From the NCBI GenBank assembly GCA_016927795.1, contig JAFGLX010000021.1, forward strand, positions 1 through 38,455: 38,455 nt of DNA, given 5' to 3'. Position numbers and translations under genes: made by a program. The DNA comes from Candidatus Omnitrophota bacterium. Lineage in GTDB: Bacteria > Omnitrophota > Gorgyraeia > JABMRN01 > RBG-13-46-9. Under the pieces are notes generated by a model. The model did not search any database, was not told where the DNA came from, and saw only the letters and a list, made by a program, of their open reading frames with translations. Positions 1-8,794 of the stretch are shown here, in pieces. Position 1 is the first letter of the stretch, and every line of letters starts with the position of its first letter.

Positions 1-101
1 GGGCTTACCATTTTCAGTATGGAAAGGCCTAATTTTTCCACTATCGCGGCCGCGAATGTTATTACGGCCAATACTACGCACATTACGGCTAAATTTTTCA
101 T
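1..101 (-). CDS. Partial CDS (5' end only; continues past the left edge). Small hydrophobic N-terminus, signal-peptide or TM-like, function unknown
   Basis: The ATG is the complement of 99-101. A GGAGGGG Shine-Dalgarno (complement of 108-114) lies 6 nt upstream. The frame stays open to position 1 and reads MKNLAVMCVVLAVITFAAAIVEKLGLSILKMVS. It is too short and truncated to appear in the ORF track. Confidence 0.4.
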   Translation of the reverse strand, partial: MKNLAVMCVVLAVITFAAAIVEKLGLSILKMVS

Positions 102-118
102 ATTTTACCCCTCCTTTT

Positions 119-769
119 TTAACCCGTTCCGGCTGTATTGTCCCCCAGCAACCGGAGTGTCTCTAATAATTTTTCTTTATCCGGACGTTCTATTTTTAAA
201 AATTCTACGCCTACGTCAAAATCACCGGAAGCTTTCTCCGAAGAAGGCGCGACCCTTGCGATTTTAACCTTTATGGTTATTGGTTGAGGGAATAGAGGCA
301 GGTAAATGCTTAAGGTTGCCAGCTCGCCCAGTTTGAATTTATGGGACGTTCTTAGCAAGGCCCCCGTTTCACCCCCGTTTAAAATTGTGGCAAAACCTTG
401 AGAACTATTTTCGTCTGTTATCTTAACGGTTATGTTATTTAATATTCTTGAGGATTTCCTTTTTTCTTTATAGAATGTCCTTGTGTTGTCTCGTAAGTCA
501 AGCAGGAGCCTTTCAACGTTCTCATATTTTCGCAGCATATCCGCCGTGAACAAAAACAATTTTTTAGAAATCCGCATTGTCAGAATAAAAAGAACGATAA
601 GGGCAAATAACGTGTATGCAAAACTGATTTTAACGGAGAAAAACATGTTTTTATCATAGGCGGAAAGGACAAACAATCCGAGCAGTATGCCTATTGCGGA
701 AAGTATTAAGGTGACGAGGGTGAAAACAGGCGAAAGAGATGTTTTTTTGTCATTTTTCAAATATAGCAC
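119..769 (-). CDS. PilZ-domain membrane protein (putative c-di-GMP receptor)
   Basis: Track ORF of 216 aa. It has two N-terminal hydrophobic helices (SPVFTLVTLILSAIGILLGLFVL, FAYTLFALIVLFILT). The C-terminal half carries PilZ-like motifs KRKSSR (RxxxR) and NGGETG (D/NxSxxG-like). It overlaps the upstream gene by 20 nt, which suggests translational coupling. Confidence 0.6.
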   Translation of the reverse strand: MLYLKNDKKTSLSPVFTLVTLILSAIGILLGLFVLSAYDKNMFFSVKISFAYTLFALIVLFILTMRISKKLFLFTADMLRKYENVERLLLDLRDNTRTFYKEKRKSSRILNNITVKITDENSSQGFATILNGGETGALLRTSHKFKLGELATLSIYLPLFPQPITIKVKIARVAPSSEKASGDFDVGVEFLKIERPDKEKLLETLRLLGDNTAGTG

Positions 770-1553
770 TATCCCCTTCTTTTACGGTGCGCATGGTTTC
801 TTTATATTTTAACTCATCGACAAAGATCGCCGCTACGCCATAGCGCAACCCGATAACTTTTCCCGAACCGATCTCTTTGTTGTCCTGGATTATCAGGCAC
901 CTCTCTCCTTCTTCGATATTATCTTTAAGGCCTAAATCGATAACAATAAGGTTATCGCTCCTATCTATGCTTACGACTTTACCTATTTTCCCTTCGGTTA
1001 TAAGTTTATCCGTTACCGGTTTGCTATAGGCTGGCTCATTACCGCTTGTCATTTTATCCCCGGTTCCGAGTTCTCCGCTTTTTTTCTTTACGACAATCGG
1101 TTCCAGCTCCACGCTTTCGCCGCTTTTTACAAGAACCAGATTATATAATACGTTTTCTAAATATCTTTTTATACTTTCGTTAGTCTCCTGTTTTAAAGCT
1201 TCTCGTATCCTGTCAACCAGCGATATGCTCTCCGACTTTTTAAGCTTATCCGCCAGGTCGGAATTATCTTTCTCCAATTGCGTTATCTTGACACGCATTT
1301 CCCCTTTCAATTTATCATATTCGACAGAAAGCTTGGAGAGTTCTTCTGATTTTTGAAAGAAACTCTGCTGTACGGAGGCTATCTCGTCTTCAAGATCCAT
1401 TTTTTCTTTTATGAATCTCGCCTTTTCCATGCCCAGTTTTGCCTCCACTTTGCGCAGCTGGAAAAAGGTGGATAAAAATACGAACACGCAGAAAACCGCT
1501 ATAGGGGTTAGTATTACAAGAGGTAAACTTTTTTTGCTTATCATATTTATCAT
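750..1553 (-). CDS. Membrane-anchored coiled-coil protein with a C-terminal beta-rich domain; function unknown
   Basis: Track ORF of 267 aa. An N-terminal TM helix (LPLVILTPIAVFCVFVFLSTFF) is followed by about 120 aa of heptad-like charged sequence (EAKLGMEKARFIKEKMDLEDEI...LEKDNSDLADKLKK). The C-terminal segment GKVVSIDRSDNLIVIDLGLKDNIEEGERC looks like a small barrel domain. I recognise no family with confidence. Confidence 0.55.
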   Translation of the reverse strand: MINMISKKSLPLVILTPIAVFCVFVFLSTFFQLRKVEAKLGMEKARFIKEKMDLEDEIASVQQSFFQKSEELSKLSVEYDKLKGEMRVKITQLEKDNSDLADKLKKSESISLVDRIREALKQETNESIKRYLENVLYNLVLVKSGESVELEPIVVKKKSGELGTGDKMTSGNEPAYSKPVTDKLITEGKIGKVVSIDRSDNLIVIDLGLKDNIEEGERCLIIQDNKEIGSGKVIGLRYGVAAIFVDELKYKETMRTVKEGDSAIFEK

Positions 1554-1777
1554 GCCCCCGATATTTATTCCAAAATTAGGGACGTTATTATTATAAAGCC
1601 CACCGGTTAATAGAAAATAAACTTATTTCCTAAAGTGTAACACATGGGATAATAAAATGCAAGGGTTATCCCCAAAAATAATATGCAAACCCTACAAATA
1701 TCTCGTATGAAATATCAAAACCCATGAGGGTTATCTATGAAAACACTTCCGCTTATTTTTCCGGCAGTTAAATAGGA

Positions 1778-1806
1778 TTGAAATAGCGGTTTCTTTGCAT
1801 TATAAT
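1778..1806 (+). promoter_or_regulatory. Sigma-70-type promoter candidate for the AsmA-like gene
   Basis: TTGAAA (1778-1783), an exact 17-nt spacer, then TATAAT (1801-1806), about 32 nt upstream of ATG 1838. It lies in the AT-rich divergent intergenic region 1554-1837. Confidence 0.5.
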
Positions 1807-1837
1807 AATACCGGTAAAGTGGTGTGAAACACACAAA

Positions 1838-3544
1838 ATGTCGAGAGGAATCATGAAAATATCCAGAAAAGGAATCTTTATCTTCGTGGCGTTACTTGGA
1901 TTCATGGTGGTCATATCTGTTTACGCGGGGAAAGAAGTATTTCTAAAAAAATTTAAATTTTTCTTAACAGAAAGACTGGAAAATTCTACGGGAAAAGGCT
2001 TAAAGATAGAAAAGATAGGCTATACACCGCTTAAAGGCATAAGTTTTGCGGATGTTACCGTTTACGAAAACAAAACACGGGTAAAAAGCCTGTTTCATGC
2101 AGAGCATATTTACGCTAAATTCCCGGTTATCAAGTTTTTAAAAAGCCGGGTGCTGTATTTATCTCTGGGCCTGGAAGGGCTTAAAATGGGCGACGCAAGA
2201 CTAAACGGAAATTTTGGATTTTCGTTAAAACTACCCGAAAAATCGGATATTCGGCGCAGTATGTTAGACTCTATAAATGATGTATGGATTAGCGGCCTTT
2301 CCGTAAAAAGTAATTTTTTTGACATAAGAAAAATTGAGGGTAACGTCAGCATAGACCGGAAAACCATAAAATCCTCCGGAGTAAATTTCATATTTAACGG
2401 CGAACCGTGCGTCCTGAATTTGGAAATTATGGATCCGTACGGTGATTTATCGCTTGACCTCAAAATTGACTCGCAGACGTTTGCCGTAATGCTAAAAGCT
2501 GATAAGAAAGAGGAAGTATATAAGATTACTTCCTGCAAAGGTAATTTATCTCTTTCAACGTTTGATCTGACGGGCGAGTTTAAATATTTAAAAGGCGAAC
2601 CGCTTCTATCGCTGTATGGAAACGCAAGCCTAGATTCCAAAGATGTAACCGCTTTAATATCCGGCGAAACCGGCGAAAAGCTGAAATCGCTGGACCTTGA
2701 AGGGATATTTAAAAGTTCTTTATATTTCAGTGGTAACGTAAAGCACGCATTTTTATGCGAGATCGGCGTGAAAAGCAGCTCGGAATACCTGAAAATCAGG
2801 AATTATAAATTTGATAATTTCAGCATGGACATGCGCTTAAAGGACGGTAAGCTGTCCATTCCACTGGTTAACTCCTATCCTTACGGGGGCGTTCTGGTTT
2901 TATCCGCAACGGCCGATATTACGGACAAAGGAGTTCCTTATCATGTGAACTGTAAATTAAGCAACGTAAACATAGCCGCGCTTCTCGAAGACACGGAATT
3001 AAAAGGCAAGGGCATAAAGGGATTTCTCTCTTCCGAGCTGGACGCAGGGGGAAACTATAAAAACATTGACTCAATGCGAGGGGCTGGACGGCTGTACATA
3101 AAAGACGGGAATCTCGGTCCGATGCCGCTACTTACGCCGCTCGTAGGCAATATTTACGGTTATCTACGCGGCATGTTACCGGAATTGAACAGGCTCGACA
3201 TAACAAAGGCGTCGGCGGATTTTCTTATATCAGACGGGAAGATAACGTCTGATAATATTATGCTTAAAGACGACATGATAGCTATAAGCGCCGCAGGTTA
3301 TCTTGGTTTTGACGGAAGCCTGAACTTCGACGTCGAAAACAAATTTATAGAACCCGAAGGGGGCAAATCCGAAGATTGGCGCGCGAATCTGCAGAATATG
3401 ATAATGCAGTTCGGGAGGATGATAAGTAAAGCCCGCCTTACGGGGACTGTCGCTAAACCTAAATGGAAATTTGAATACCTGGGAGGGTTGCAGGATATAT
3501 TGAAGGGAAACCTTAACAAGGCCCTTAAAGGTATTTTTGAATGA
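1838..3544 (+). CDS. AsmA-family / AsmA_2-like envelope protein (N-terminal anchor, long beta-rich body)
   Basis: Track ORF of 568 aa with an N-terminal TM helix (GIFIFVALLGFMVVISVYA). The C-terminal pattern GAGRLYIKDGNLGPMPLL...ASADFLISDGKITSDNIMLKDDMIAISAAGYLGFDGSLNFDV is typical of AsmA/TamB-like C-termini. An alternative start at ATG 1853 is preceded by GAGAGG (1843-1848). Confidence 0.55.
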   Translation: MSRGIMKISRKGIFIFVALLGFMVVISVYAGKEVFLKKFKFFLTERLENSTGKGLKIEKIGYTPLKGISFADVTVYENKTRVKSLFHAEHIYAKFPVIKFLKSRVLYLSLGLEGLKMGDARLNGNFGFSLKLPEKSDIRRSMLDSINDVWISGLSVKSNFFDIRKIEGNVSIDRKTIKSSGVNFIFNGEPCVLNLEIMDPYGDLSLDLKIDSQTFAVMLKADKKEEVYKITSCKGNLSLSTFDLTGEFKYLKGEPLLSLYGNASLDSKDVTALISGETGEKLKSLDLEGIFKSSLYFSGNVKHAFLCEIGVKSSSEYLKIRNYKFDNFSMDMRLKDGKLSIPLVNSYPYGGVLVLSATADITDKGVPYHVNCKLSNVNIAALLEDTELKGKGIKGFLSSELDAGGNYKNIDSMRGAGRLYIKDGNLGPMPLLTPLVGNIYGYLRGMLPELNRLDITKASADFLISDGKITSDNIMLKDDMIAISAAGYLGFDGSLNFDVENKFIEPEGGKSEDWRANLQNMIMQFGRMISKARLTGTVAKPKWKFEYLGGLQDILKGNLNKALKGIFE

Positions 3545-4124
3545 TTAATTTAGCTTTCTTGAGCGCTTCCGCTCTGTGGCTTATTCTGTTTTTAAAAGAC
3601 GGTTTAAACTCCGCGAAAGTATGTTTATATCCTTTGGGAGTAAAGATGGGGTCATAACCGAAACCGCTTTTGCCTTTTAATTCGAAACCGATAGTTCCGC
3701 GGCACAATCCTTCGGAGGTTCCCAATAGAGCGCCGTTTTTGGCGATTGCTATTACGCAGGCAAACGTAGCCTGTCTTTTGCCGTGGGGTACATTTTTCAT
3801 AAGCTGCAGCAATTTTGCGTTATTCTCCTTATCGGTCGCTTTTGCCCGCGCGAACCTGGAAGAACGTATACCAGGTTTCCCGCCGAGCGCCTCAACCATA
3901 AGACCCGAATCATCCGCAAGAATAGTTTCGTTTATATATCTGGAAAACGTAAGCGCTTTCTTTATGGCGTTTTGCCTGAAAGTTTTTCCGTCTTCGATTA
4001 CATGCGGTATATGCATTTTTAAGTCGCTTAAGGCAAGTACCTCCAGATCCATATCGTTTAGGAGCTTTTCGATTTCCCTCTTTTTGTTCCTATTCGTCGT
4101 GGATATTACAATTTTCTTTTTCAT
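3525..4124 (-). CDS. rdgB: Non-canonical purine NTP (dITP/XTP) pyrophosphatase, RdgB/HAM1 family
   Basis: Track ORF of 199 aa. Family motifs present: STTNRNKKREI, EDGKTFRQNAIKKA, ADDSGLMVEALGGKPGIRSSRF, GFGYDPIF, KNRISHRAEAL. Confidence 0.9.
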   Translation of the reverse strand: MKKKIVISTTNRNKKREIEKLLNDMDLEVLALSDLKMHIPHVIEDGKTFRQNAIKKALTFSRYINETILADDSGLMVEALGGKPGIRSSRFARAKATDKENNAKLLQLMKNVPHGKRQATFACVIAIAKNGALLGTSEGLCRGTIGFELKGKSGFGYDPIFTPKGYKHTFAEFKPSFKNRISHRAEALKKAKLIIQKYL

Positions 4125-4142
4125 GTCGCTTTACCCGGTGAG

Positions 4143-4859
4143 CTACAGTTTTATTACCGCTTTCTGAAAAGCAAATATTTTTTTTAGCCCTTTTTGCGCG
4201 AGACCTACAAGGCTGTTAAGCTGTTTTACGGAAAACGGTTGGCGTTCAGCCGTTCCCTGTATTTCTATGAGCTTGCCGCCCCCTGTCATAACGACATTCA
4301 TGTCGACGCTGGCGCAGGAATCCTCCTTGTAGGTTAAATCTATCTTTTCTGCGCCGTCTACGATCCCAACGCTTACCGCGGCTACGTAATCCGATATCGG
4401 CAGGGTATCTATAATATTTTCATTTTTCAGTTTTTGCAGAGCTAAAGCAAGCGCTACAAAGCATCCCGTTATACTTGCGCAGCGCGTACCCCCATCCGCC
4501 TGTATTACGTCGGCATCCATCCATAAAGTCCTTTCGCCAAGCTTGACCTGGTCAACCACCGCCCGCAATGAGCGGCCTATCAGGCGCTGTATTTCCTGTG
4601 TTCTGCCACCCAGCTTTCCTCTCGAAGCCTCCCTTATTGTTCTCGTTTTGCAAGAGCGTGGAAGCATCCCGTACTCAGCAGTAACCCAACCGACACCCTT
4701 ACCTTTTAAGAAGCTCGGGACGCCGTCTTCAACGGACGCGGTGCACACGACTTTTGTATTACCCGTTTCAAAAAGGCACGACCCCTCGGCGAATTTCATG
4801 AATCCCGGAGTGATTTTTATTTTTCGTAATTCTTTGCAGCCTCTTTCTTTCATACTCAT
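4143..4859 (-). CDS. rph: Ribonuclease PH
   Basis: Track ORF of 238 aa. Motifs present: [66 protein letters not shown]. It sits directly upstream of rdgB, which is the classical rph-rdgB pairing. Confidence 0.95.
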   Translation of the reverse strand: MSMKERGCKELRKIKITPGFMKFAEGSCLFETGNTKVVCTASVEDGVPSFLKGKGVGWVTAEYGMLPRSCKTRTIREASRGKLGGRTQEIQRLIGRSLRAVVDQVKLGERTLWMDADVIQADGGTRCASITGCFVALALALQKLKNENIIDTLPISDYVAAVSVGIVDGAEKIDLTYKEDSCASVDMNVVMTGGGKLIEIQGTAERQPFSVKQLNSLVGLAQKGLKKIFAFQKAVIKL

Positions 4860-4913
4860 TTTTAAGCGCTCCTCAATTTATTGTGAAAAAACATTAAAAA
4901 CGCGTATATCGCT

Positions 4914-5435
4914 CTATTGATATACGTCATTTCCCGAACTGTCTATGCCGACTATCAAAGGAAAGTTTTCCACCTTCAGCCTGTATATGGCCTCGGGTCC
5001 CAATTCGCCGAAAGCCAGAAGCGTTGCCGAAACTATCTTTTTGGCCAGATAGGCGCCGGCTCCGCCGGCAGCAAGAAAATACACAGCCCCATATTTTTTG
5101 ATATATCCGGCCACCTCTACGCTGCGTTTTCCTTTGCCTATCATGGCGGCCAATCCCTTTGCCAGTAAAGGAGGGGTAAATTTGTCCATGCGCGAGGCTG
5201 TAGTTGGGCCGCAGGACCCAAAGGTGCCGTCGGGACGCTGTGGCGTGGGGCCGGCGTAGTATATTATTGTGTTTTTCAAGTCAAACGGCGTCTTTTTACC
5301 TTTGGCTATGAGTTCCGTCAATTTTTTATGTGCGGCGTCACGCGCCGTGTAAACCGTTCCCGTAAAAAGCACTTCTTCCCCGCATTTTAATTTTGATAGG
5401 CCCGACTTAGTTATGGGAGATACTATTTTTTTCAT
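4914..5435 (-). CDS. Class I Fe-S hydro-lyase beta subunit (fumarate hydratase / L-tartrate dehydratase C-terminal domain family)
   Basis: Track ORF of 173 aa. Motifs present: GTVYTARDAAHKKL, IYYAGPTP, GSCGPTTASRMD, MIGKGKRS, YFLAAGGAGAYL. Confidence 0.85.
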   Translation of the reverse strand: MKKIVSPITKSGLSKLKCGEEVLFTGTVYTARDAAHKKLTELIAKGKKTPFDLKNTIIYYAGPTPQRPDGTFGSCGPTTASRMDKFTPPLLAKGLAAMIGKGKRSVEVAGYIKKYGAVYFLAAGGAGAYLAKKIVSATLLAFGELGPEAIYRLKVENFPLIVGIDSSGNDVYQ

Positions 5436-5444
5436 AATCCTAAG

Positions 5445-6287
5445 CTATACAATACAGCTTGCATTCCTGGTTATATGGCACCCGACATTTACGGCAACCG
5501 GCAGGCCCGCTATATGCGTGGGGTATTCCAGGATGTTTGCGCCAAGGCACGTTGTTTTGCCGCCCAGCCCAAGCGGACCTATGCCAAGCGCGTTTGCCTC
5601 TTTAAGAATAATTTTTTCCAAATTCCGCAAATGTTTTTTTATATTATGTCGGTCGAGAGGCACAAGAAGCGCTTTTTTTGCCAGCGAAGCCGCCTTGTCG
5701 AACGTTCCGCCTATGCCTATACCGAGTATATAAGGCGGACACGCGTCAGGGCCGGCTTTTTTCACCACATCCACGATAAAAGAGGCTATATCTTTTTCGG
5801 TGGCGGTAGGACCAAACATCTTAATGGCGCTTTTATTCTCACTTCCGAAACCTTTGGGGACAACCGTTATTTTGAGTCTATCGCCCCTAACTATGTCGGT
5901 GTAAATAACAGGAGGCGTATTTGTGGACGTATTTATTCTTATAAGAGGGCTTTTTACGACGGATTTTCTTAAAATACCTTTTTCATAGCCTTTTCTAACC
6001 CCTCTCTCAACAGCTTTTTTCAACTCACCGCCCACGAATTGTATATTTTGCCCCACCCTCAGATAAACCGATACTATCCCTGTATCCTGGCAGAGCGGCC
6101 GCCTGTCGCGTTCGGCTATTTTCGCGTTTTCGAGGAGGACTCTCAAAATACGCTTCGCAAGGGGTTTAACTTCTTTTTTTAAAGCCCTACGAAGGGCGCG
6201 CTCTATGTCGCTACGCAGATTTAGATTTGCTTTTATACATAGACGTGAAATAGCGTCGCTTACTTTTGTTACGTCGATTTTTCTCAT
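5445..6287 (-). CDS. Class I Fe-S hydro-lyase alpha subunit (fumarate hydratase N-terminal domain family)
   Basis: Track ORF of 280 aa with the CQDTGIVSVYL motif and IGIGGTFDKAA. It lies immediately upstream of the beta subunit, with a 9-nt gap. Confidence 0.85.
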   Translation of the reverse strand: MRKIDVTKVSDAISRLCIKANLNLRSDIERALRRALKKEVKPLAKRILRVLLENAKIAERDRRPLCQDTGIVSVYLRVGQNIQFVGGELKKAVERGVRKGYEKGILRKSVVKSPLIRINTSTNTPPVIYTDIVRGDRLKITVVPKGFGSENKSAIKMFGPTATEKDIASFIVDVVKKAGPDACPPYILGIGIGGTFDKAASLAKKALLVPLDRHNIKKHLRNLEKIILKEANALGIGPLGLGGKTTCLGANILEYPTHIAGLPVAVNVGCHITRNASCIV

Positions 6288-6326
6288 TTAAAGCTTTCCA
6301 TTTTTTACGGAGCGCCCCCGTCGTTT

Positions 6327-7118
6327 TTAAAAAATTATTTTTTTCACATCTATTTTTCTTTTTAAGAATATACGAGCCGTTTTTTTGAATTTTTTAGTAT
6401 CATCACTTGCGAAAAACTTTACATATGGCTTCATGTTTCTTGCAAGCAACCCTTTTTTATCAAGAATGCGGTATGTATATTTTGCCGCGGCAGTCGAGGA
6501 GTCCACAAGCTTCACGCCTTTCCCGACAAATTTCTTTATGGTATTTTTAAGCAGCGGGTAATGCGTGCATCCGAGAATCAGAGTATCGATATTTTTTTTC
6601 AGAAGAGGGGATAGGTACTCTTTTACTATCCCGTAGGCTATCTTGTTTGACAGCCATCCGTTTTCTACGAGGGGAACAAGGAGCGGGCAACTTTTCTGGA
6701 GGACAAAAGAATTTTTATCCACAGAAAGAATCTTAGTCTTATACGCTTCACTCGAGACGGTTGCCTCCGTTCCTATTATCCCTATACGGCCGGTCCCCGT
6801 TACCTCAAGCGCTTCTTCCACTCCGGGATCGATTACGCCTATAAAAGGCACTTTAAAAGAACGTTTTAGCGTCTCCAGGCTCAAGCTGGAAGCGGTATTG
6901 CAGGCTATGATTATAAGTTTTACCCTGAACTTTAAAAGGAAAGTCACGATTTCCTTGGAGAAACGGGTAACGGTCCCTTTTGATTTATTTCCGTAAGGAA
7001 CTCTTGCTGTGTCACCGAAATATATTATGTTTTCTTCCGGGAGATGGCGCAGAAGCTTGTCCACGACGGTTAACCCTCCCACCCCCGAATCAAATATTCC
7101 TATCGGCCTTCTGTCCAT
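6327..7118 (-). CDS. murI: Glutamate racemase
   Basis: Motifs present: PIGIFDSGVGGLTV, YFGDTARVPYGNKS, IIACNTASS, ILGCTHYPLL. I place the start at the ATG that is the complement of 7116-7118 (MDRRPIGIF...). The track extends to a TTG at 7157, which is an alternative start. Confidence 0.9.
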   Translation of the reverse strand: MDRRPIGIFDSGVGGLTVVDKLLRHLPEENIIYFGDTARVPYGNKSKGTVTRFSKEIVTFLLKFRVKLIIIACNTASSLSLETLKRSFKVPFIGVIDPGVEEALEVTGTGRIGIIGTEATVSSEAYKTKILSVDKNSFVLQKSCPLLVPLVENGWLSNKIAYGIVKEYLSPLLKKNIDTLILGCTHYPLLKNTIKKFVGKGVKLVDSSTAAAKYTYRILDKKGLLARNMKPYVKFFASDDTKKFKKTARIFLKRKIDVKKIIF

Positions 7119-7170
7119 ATTTTGTTTTGTTGCGGGAACCCCCGAAATAAAAAACAATTTTTACTAAAGA

Positions 7171-7283
7171 TTGCAAAGATCTCTGTAAGATTACAGTGAT
7201 TAAGGATAGACTGCAGCGAGAGGAACTTTCCTAACCTAAAGTTCCCTCCCCGCAGGGGATTACTGTAATAATCTCTGCAATCA
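7171..7283. other. Highly structured intergenic element between the amidase stop and the murI start
   Basis: Outer imperfect inverted repeat: TTGCAAAGAT...ATTACAGTGAT (7171-7200) pairs with ATTACTGTAAT..ATCTCTGCAA (7259-7280). It encloses a perfect hairpin GGAACTTT-N8-AAAGTTCC (7222-7245) and CCCC-GCA-GGGG (7248-7258). No U-tract follows either hairpin on either strand. Confidence 0.3.
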
Positions 7284-7320
7284 TCCTAAAATCCGTGTAA
7301 TCATCATAAAAAGTCTTCCG

Positions 7321-8445
7321 TTACTCCGAAAAGCCGTTTGTGCGCTCATACTCTTTTTTGTAAGCCAGTATAGACTGCGAAATAGCTTCCGCGGCCTTTT
7401 CCTTGTAAGCGCTATTATTCAAATTAGACTCTTCTCTTCTGTTGGTAAGAAAGCCGACCTCTATGAGCACGGCCGGCATCTGGGCCCTTTTAAGCACCGC
7501 GAAACCCGCTCCTTTTACCCCTCTTTTTTTTACGCAGAGGTTGTCGGAAATTATATTGCACATATAATAGGCCAGTTCCTTGGATTGCCTTCTGTTCTCG
7601 TTCATCTTCATGTCCATGAGCGTCGCTATCGTTGACAGTTTTTTATCCTGGACAAGCTCCTCCTTTTCAAATTTAAAAGACGCGTTTTCGATAGCCGCCA
7701 GTACGCGTGCGCTGTCGTCGGTGGCGTCCGAAAGATAAAATACTTCCACTCCCTTGGCGCGCGAATGCCTGGAGGCGTTGGCGTGTATGCTGACGAAGAA
7801 ATTGGCGTTTCTTTTGTTTGCGATTTCGGCCCTGTCATAAAGCGGGATAAACGTATCGTTTTCCCTTGTCATGATGACATTAATGCCCTGCTTTTCAAGA
7901 TACTTTTTTATTCTTTTTGATATATCCAGAACGACATCTTTTTCTCTGGTTCCGTATCTGCTTATAGCGCCGGGGTCTTTGCCTCCATGACCCGGGTCTA
8001 TAACGACAGTCTCTATGCGATGCTTTTTCGTGATGAAAACCGGTTTCTCTTTTAACCTCAGCACGTCTTCGGTTACGAATATGGCCGTCTTGACAGGTAT
8101 GTAAGCGGCGCCGTCTTTATATTCTATCGGATAGTCGAACTCCATGCCCCTTCCGTTTATAAGCGCGAAATTTGAGCCCGGCCTTAATACCAGACTGGTC
8201 TTCGCCACCCAAGGGGCCGTAACCTCTATTCTCTGCGAAACCAAATCCCAGTCCCAGCTTAAATTGTAGTAATCGCAGAATTTCAGGAGTGACACATACT
8301 GCACATTGTTAAAAAAAACCGTCTCGTTATAAAGCGATACATCAGGTATCTTTAACATCTCGGCGTGGTAGGCGCAACCGAAAAATAAAAGGGATGAAAA
8401 CAATAGTACTATCAGCGGCCGTGATATTTTAAAAATAAATTTCAT
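7321..8445 (-). CDS. N-acetylmuramoyl-L-alanine amidase (Amidase_3 family) with a lipoprotein-like signal and an N-terminal accessory domain
   Basis: Track ORF of 374 aa. The signal peptide ends LLFFG-C. Catalytic-domain motifs present: VVIDPGHGGKDPGA, EKDVVLDISKR, FVSIHANAS, GVEVFYLS, AVLIEVGFLTN. Confidence 0.9.
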   Translation of the reverse strand: MKFIFKISRPLIVLLFSSLLFFGCAYHAEMLKIPDVSLYNETVFFNNVQYVSLLKFCDYYNLSWDWDLVSQRIEVTAPWVAKTSLVLRPGSNFALINGRGMEFDYPIEYKDGAAYIPVKTAIFVTEDVLRLKEKPVFITKKHRIETVVIDPGHGGKDPGAISRYGTREKDVVLDISKRIKKYLEKQGINVIMTRENDTFIPLYDRAEIANKRNANFFVSIHANASRHSRAKGVEVFYLSDATDDSARVLAAIENASFKFEKEELVQDKKLSTIATLMDMKMNENRRQSKELAYYMCNIISDNLCVKKRGVKGAGFAVLKRAQMPAVLIEVGFLTNRREESNLNNSAYKEKAAEAISQSILAYKKEYERTNGFSE

Positions 8446-8508
8446 CGCAAGACATAATATATCATAAGAGACAGCAATCTACAAGTATTTAGCTGAACTA
8501 ACCTTAGT

Positions 8509-8548
8509 CCGCCTACGCGGTGGCTCTGCAGAGCCACCGCGTAGGCGG
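8509..8548. repeat. Perfect 40-nt GC-rich palindrome in the divergent intergenic region
   Basis: CCGCCTACGCGGTGGCTCTG / CAGAGCCACCGCGTAGGCGG form 20+20 nt with no mismatch and no loop, centred on CTGCAG. It lies between the amidase start (8445, minus) and the giant-ORF start (8714, plus). Confidence 0.9.
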
Positions 8549-8631
8549 AAGTGGTTGCGACGTTAAAAATAAAAAAGTTAAATATGTATTACACTACTGT
8601 GACACTTGATATTGGCAATTATGATATATTC

Positions 8632-8656
8632 TTGATATTACCCGGGGTAATATAAT
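8632..8656 (+). promoter_or_regulatory. Weak promoter candidate for the giant ORF
   Basis: A perfect TATAAT (8651-8656) lies 58 nt upstream of ATG 8714. The nearest -35-like TTGATA (8632-8637) is only 13 nt away, which is suboptimal. A second TTGATA sits at 8606-8611. No Shine-Dalgarno precedes ATG 8714 (AAAAAAGAT-ATG). Confidence 0.25.
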
Positions 8657-8713
8657 GCAGTTATCATCACGATGATATTTTTTTGCCCGGTAGTTTAACA
8701 CTTTAAAAAAGAT

Positions 8714-8794
8714 ATGCTTAAAAGAAATATAATATTCAAAACAATATGCGTTATCCTTGTGGTAACGTTTATTTTTGAGAACATCCTGTGGGCC
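8714..8794 (+). other. N-terminal signal peptide or signal-anchor of the giant protein
   Basis: MLKRNIIFKTICVILVVTFIFENILWA: a basic n-region followed by about 18 hydrophobic residues. Confidence 0.6.

Noticed and set aside
3525-3544. A 20-nt convergent overlap of the AsmA-like and rdgB 3' ends, and a 20-nt overlap at 750-769 between the co-directional PilZ-domain and coiled-coil membrane protein genes.
   Set aside because: Short terminal overlaps are common in compact bacterial genomes, and the sequence shows nothing further of interest.
19-6996. Track ORFs 19..267(+), 1411..1596(+), 2110..2640(-), 3298..3519(-), 3670..4167(+), 3783..4022(+), 4543..4920(+), 4917..5168(+), 5413..5733(+), 5475..5972(+), 6643..6996(+) and 7626..7838(-).
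   Set aside because: Each overlaps, on the opposite strand or in another frame, a gene with clear family motifs (PilZ protein, AsmA-like, rdgB, rph, fumarase subunits, murI, amidase). They are shadow ORFs.
8509-8548. The 40-nt palindrome considered as a rho-independent terminator or a MITE/IS end.
   Set aside because: Both neighbouring genes are transcribed away from it and no T-tract follows on either strand. There are no flanking direct repeats, no second copy and no transposase in the window.
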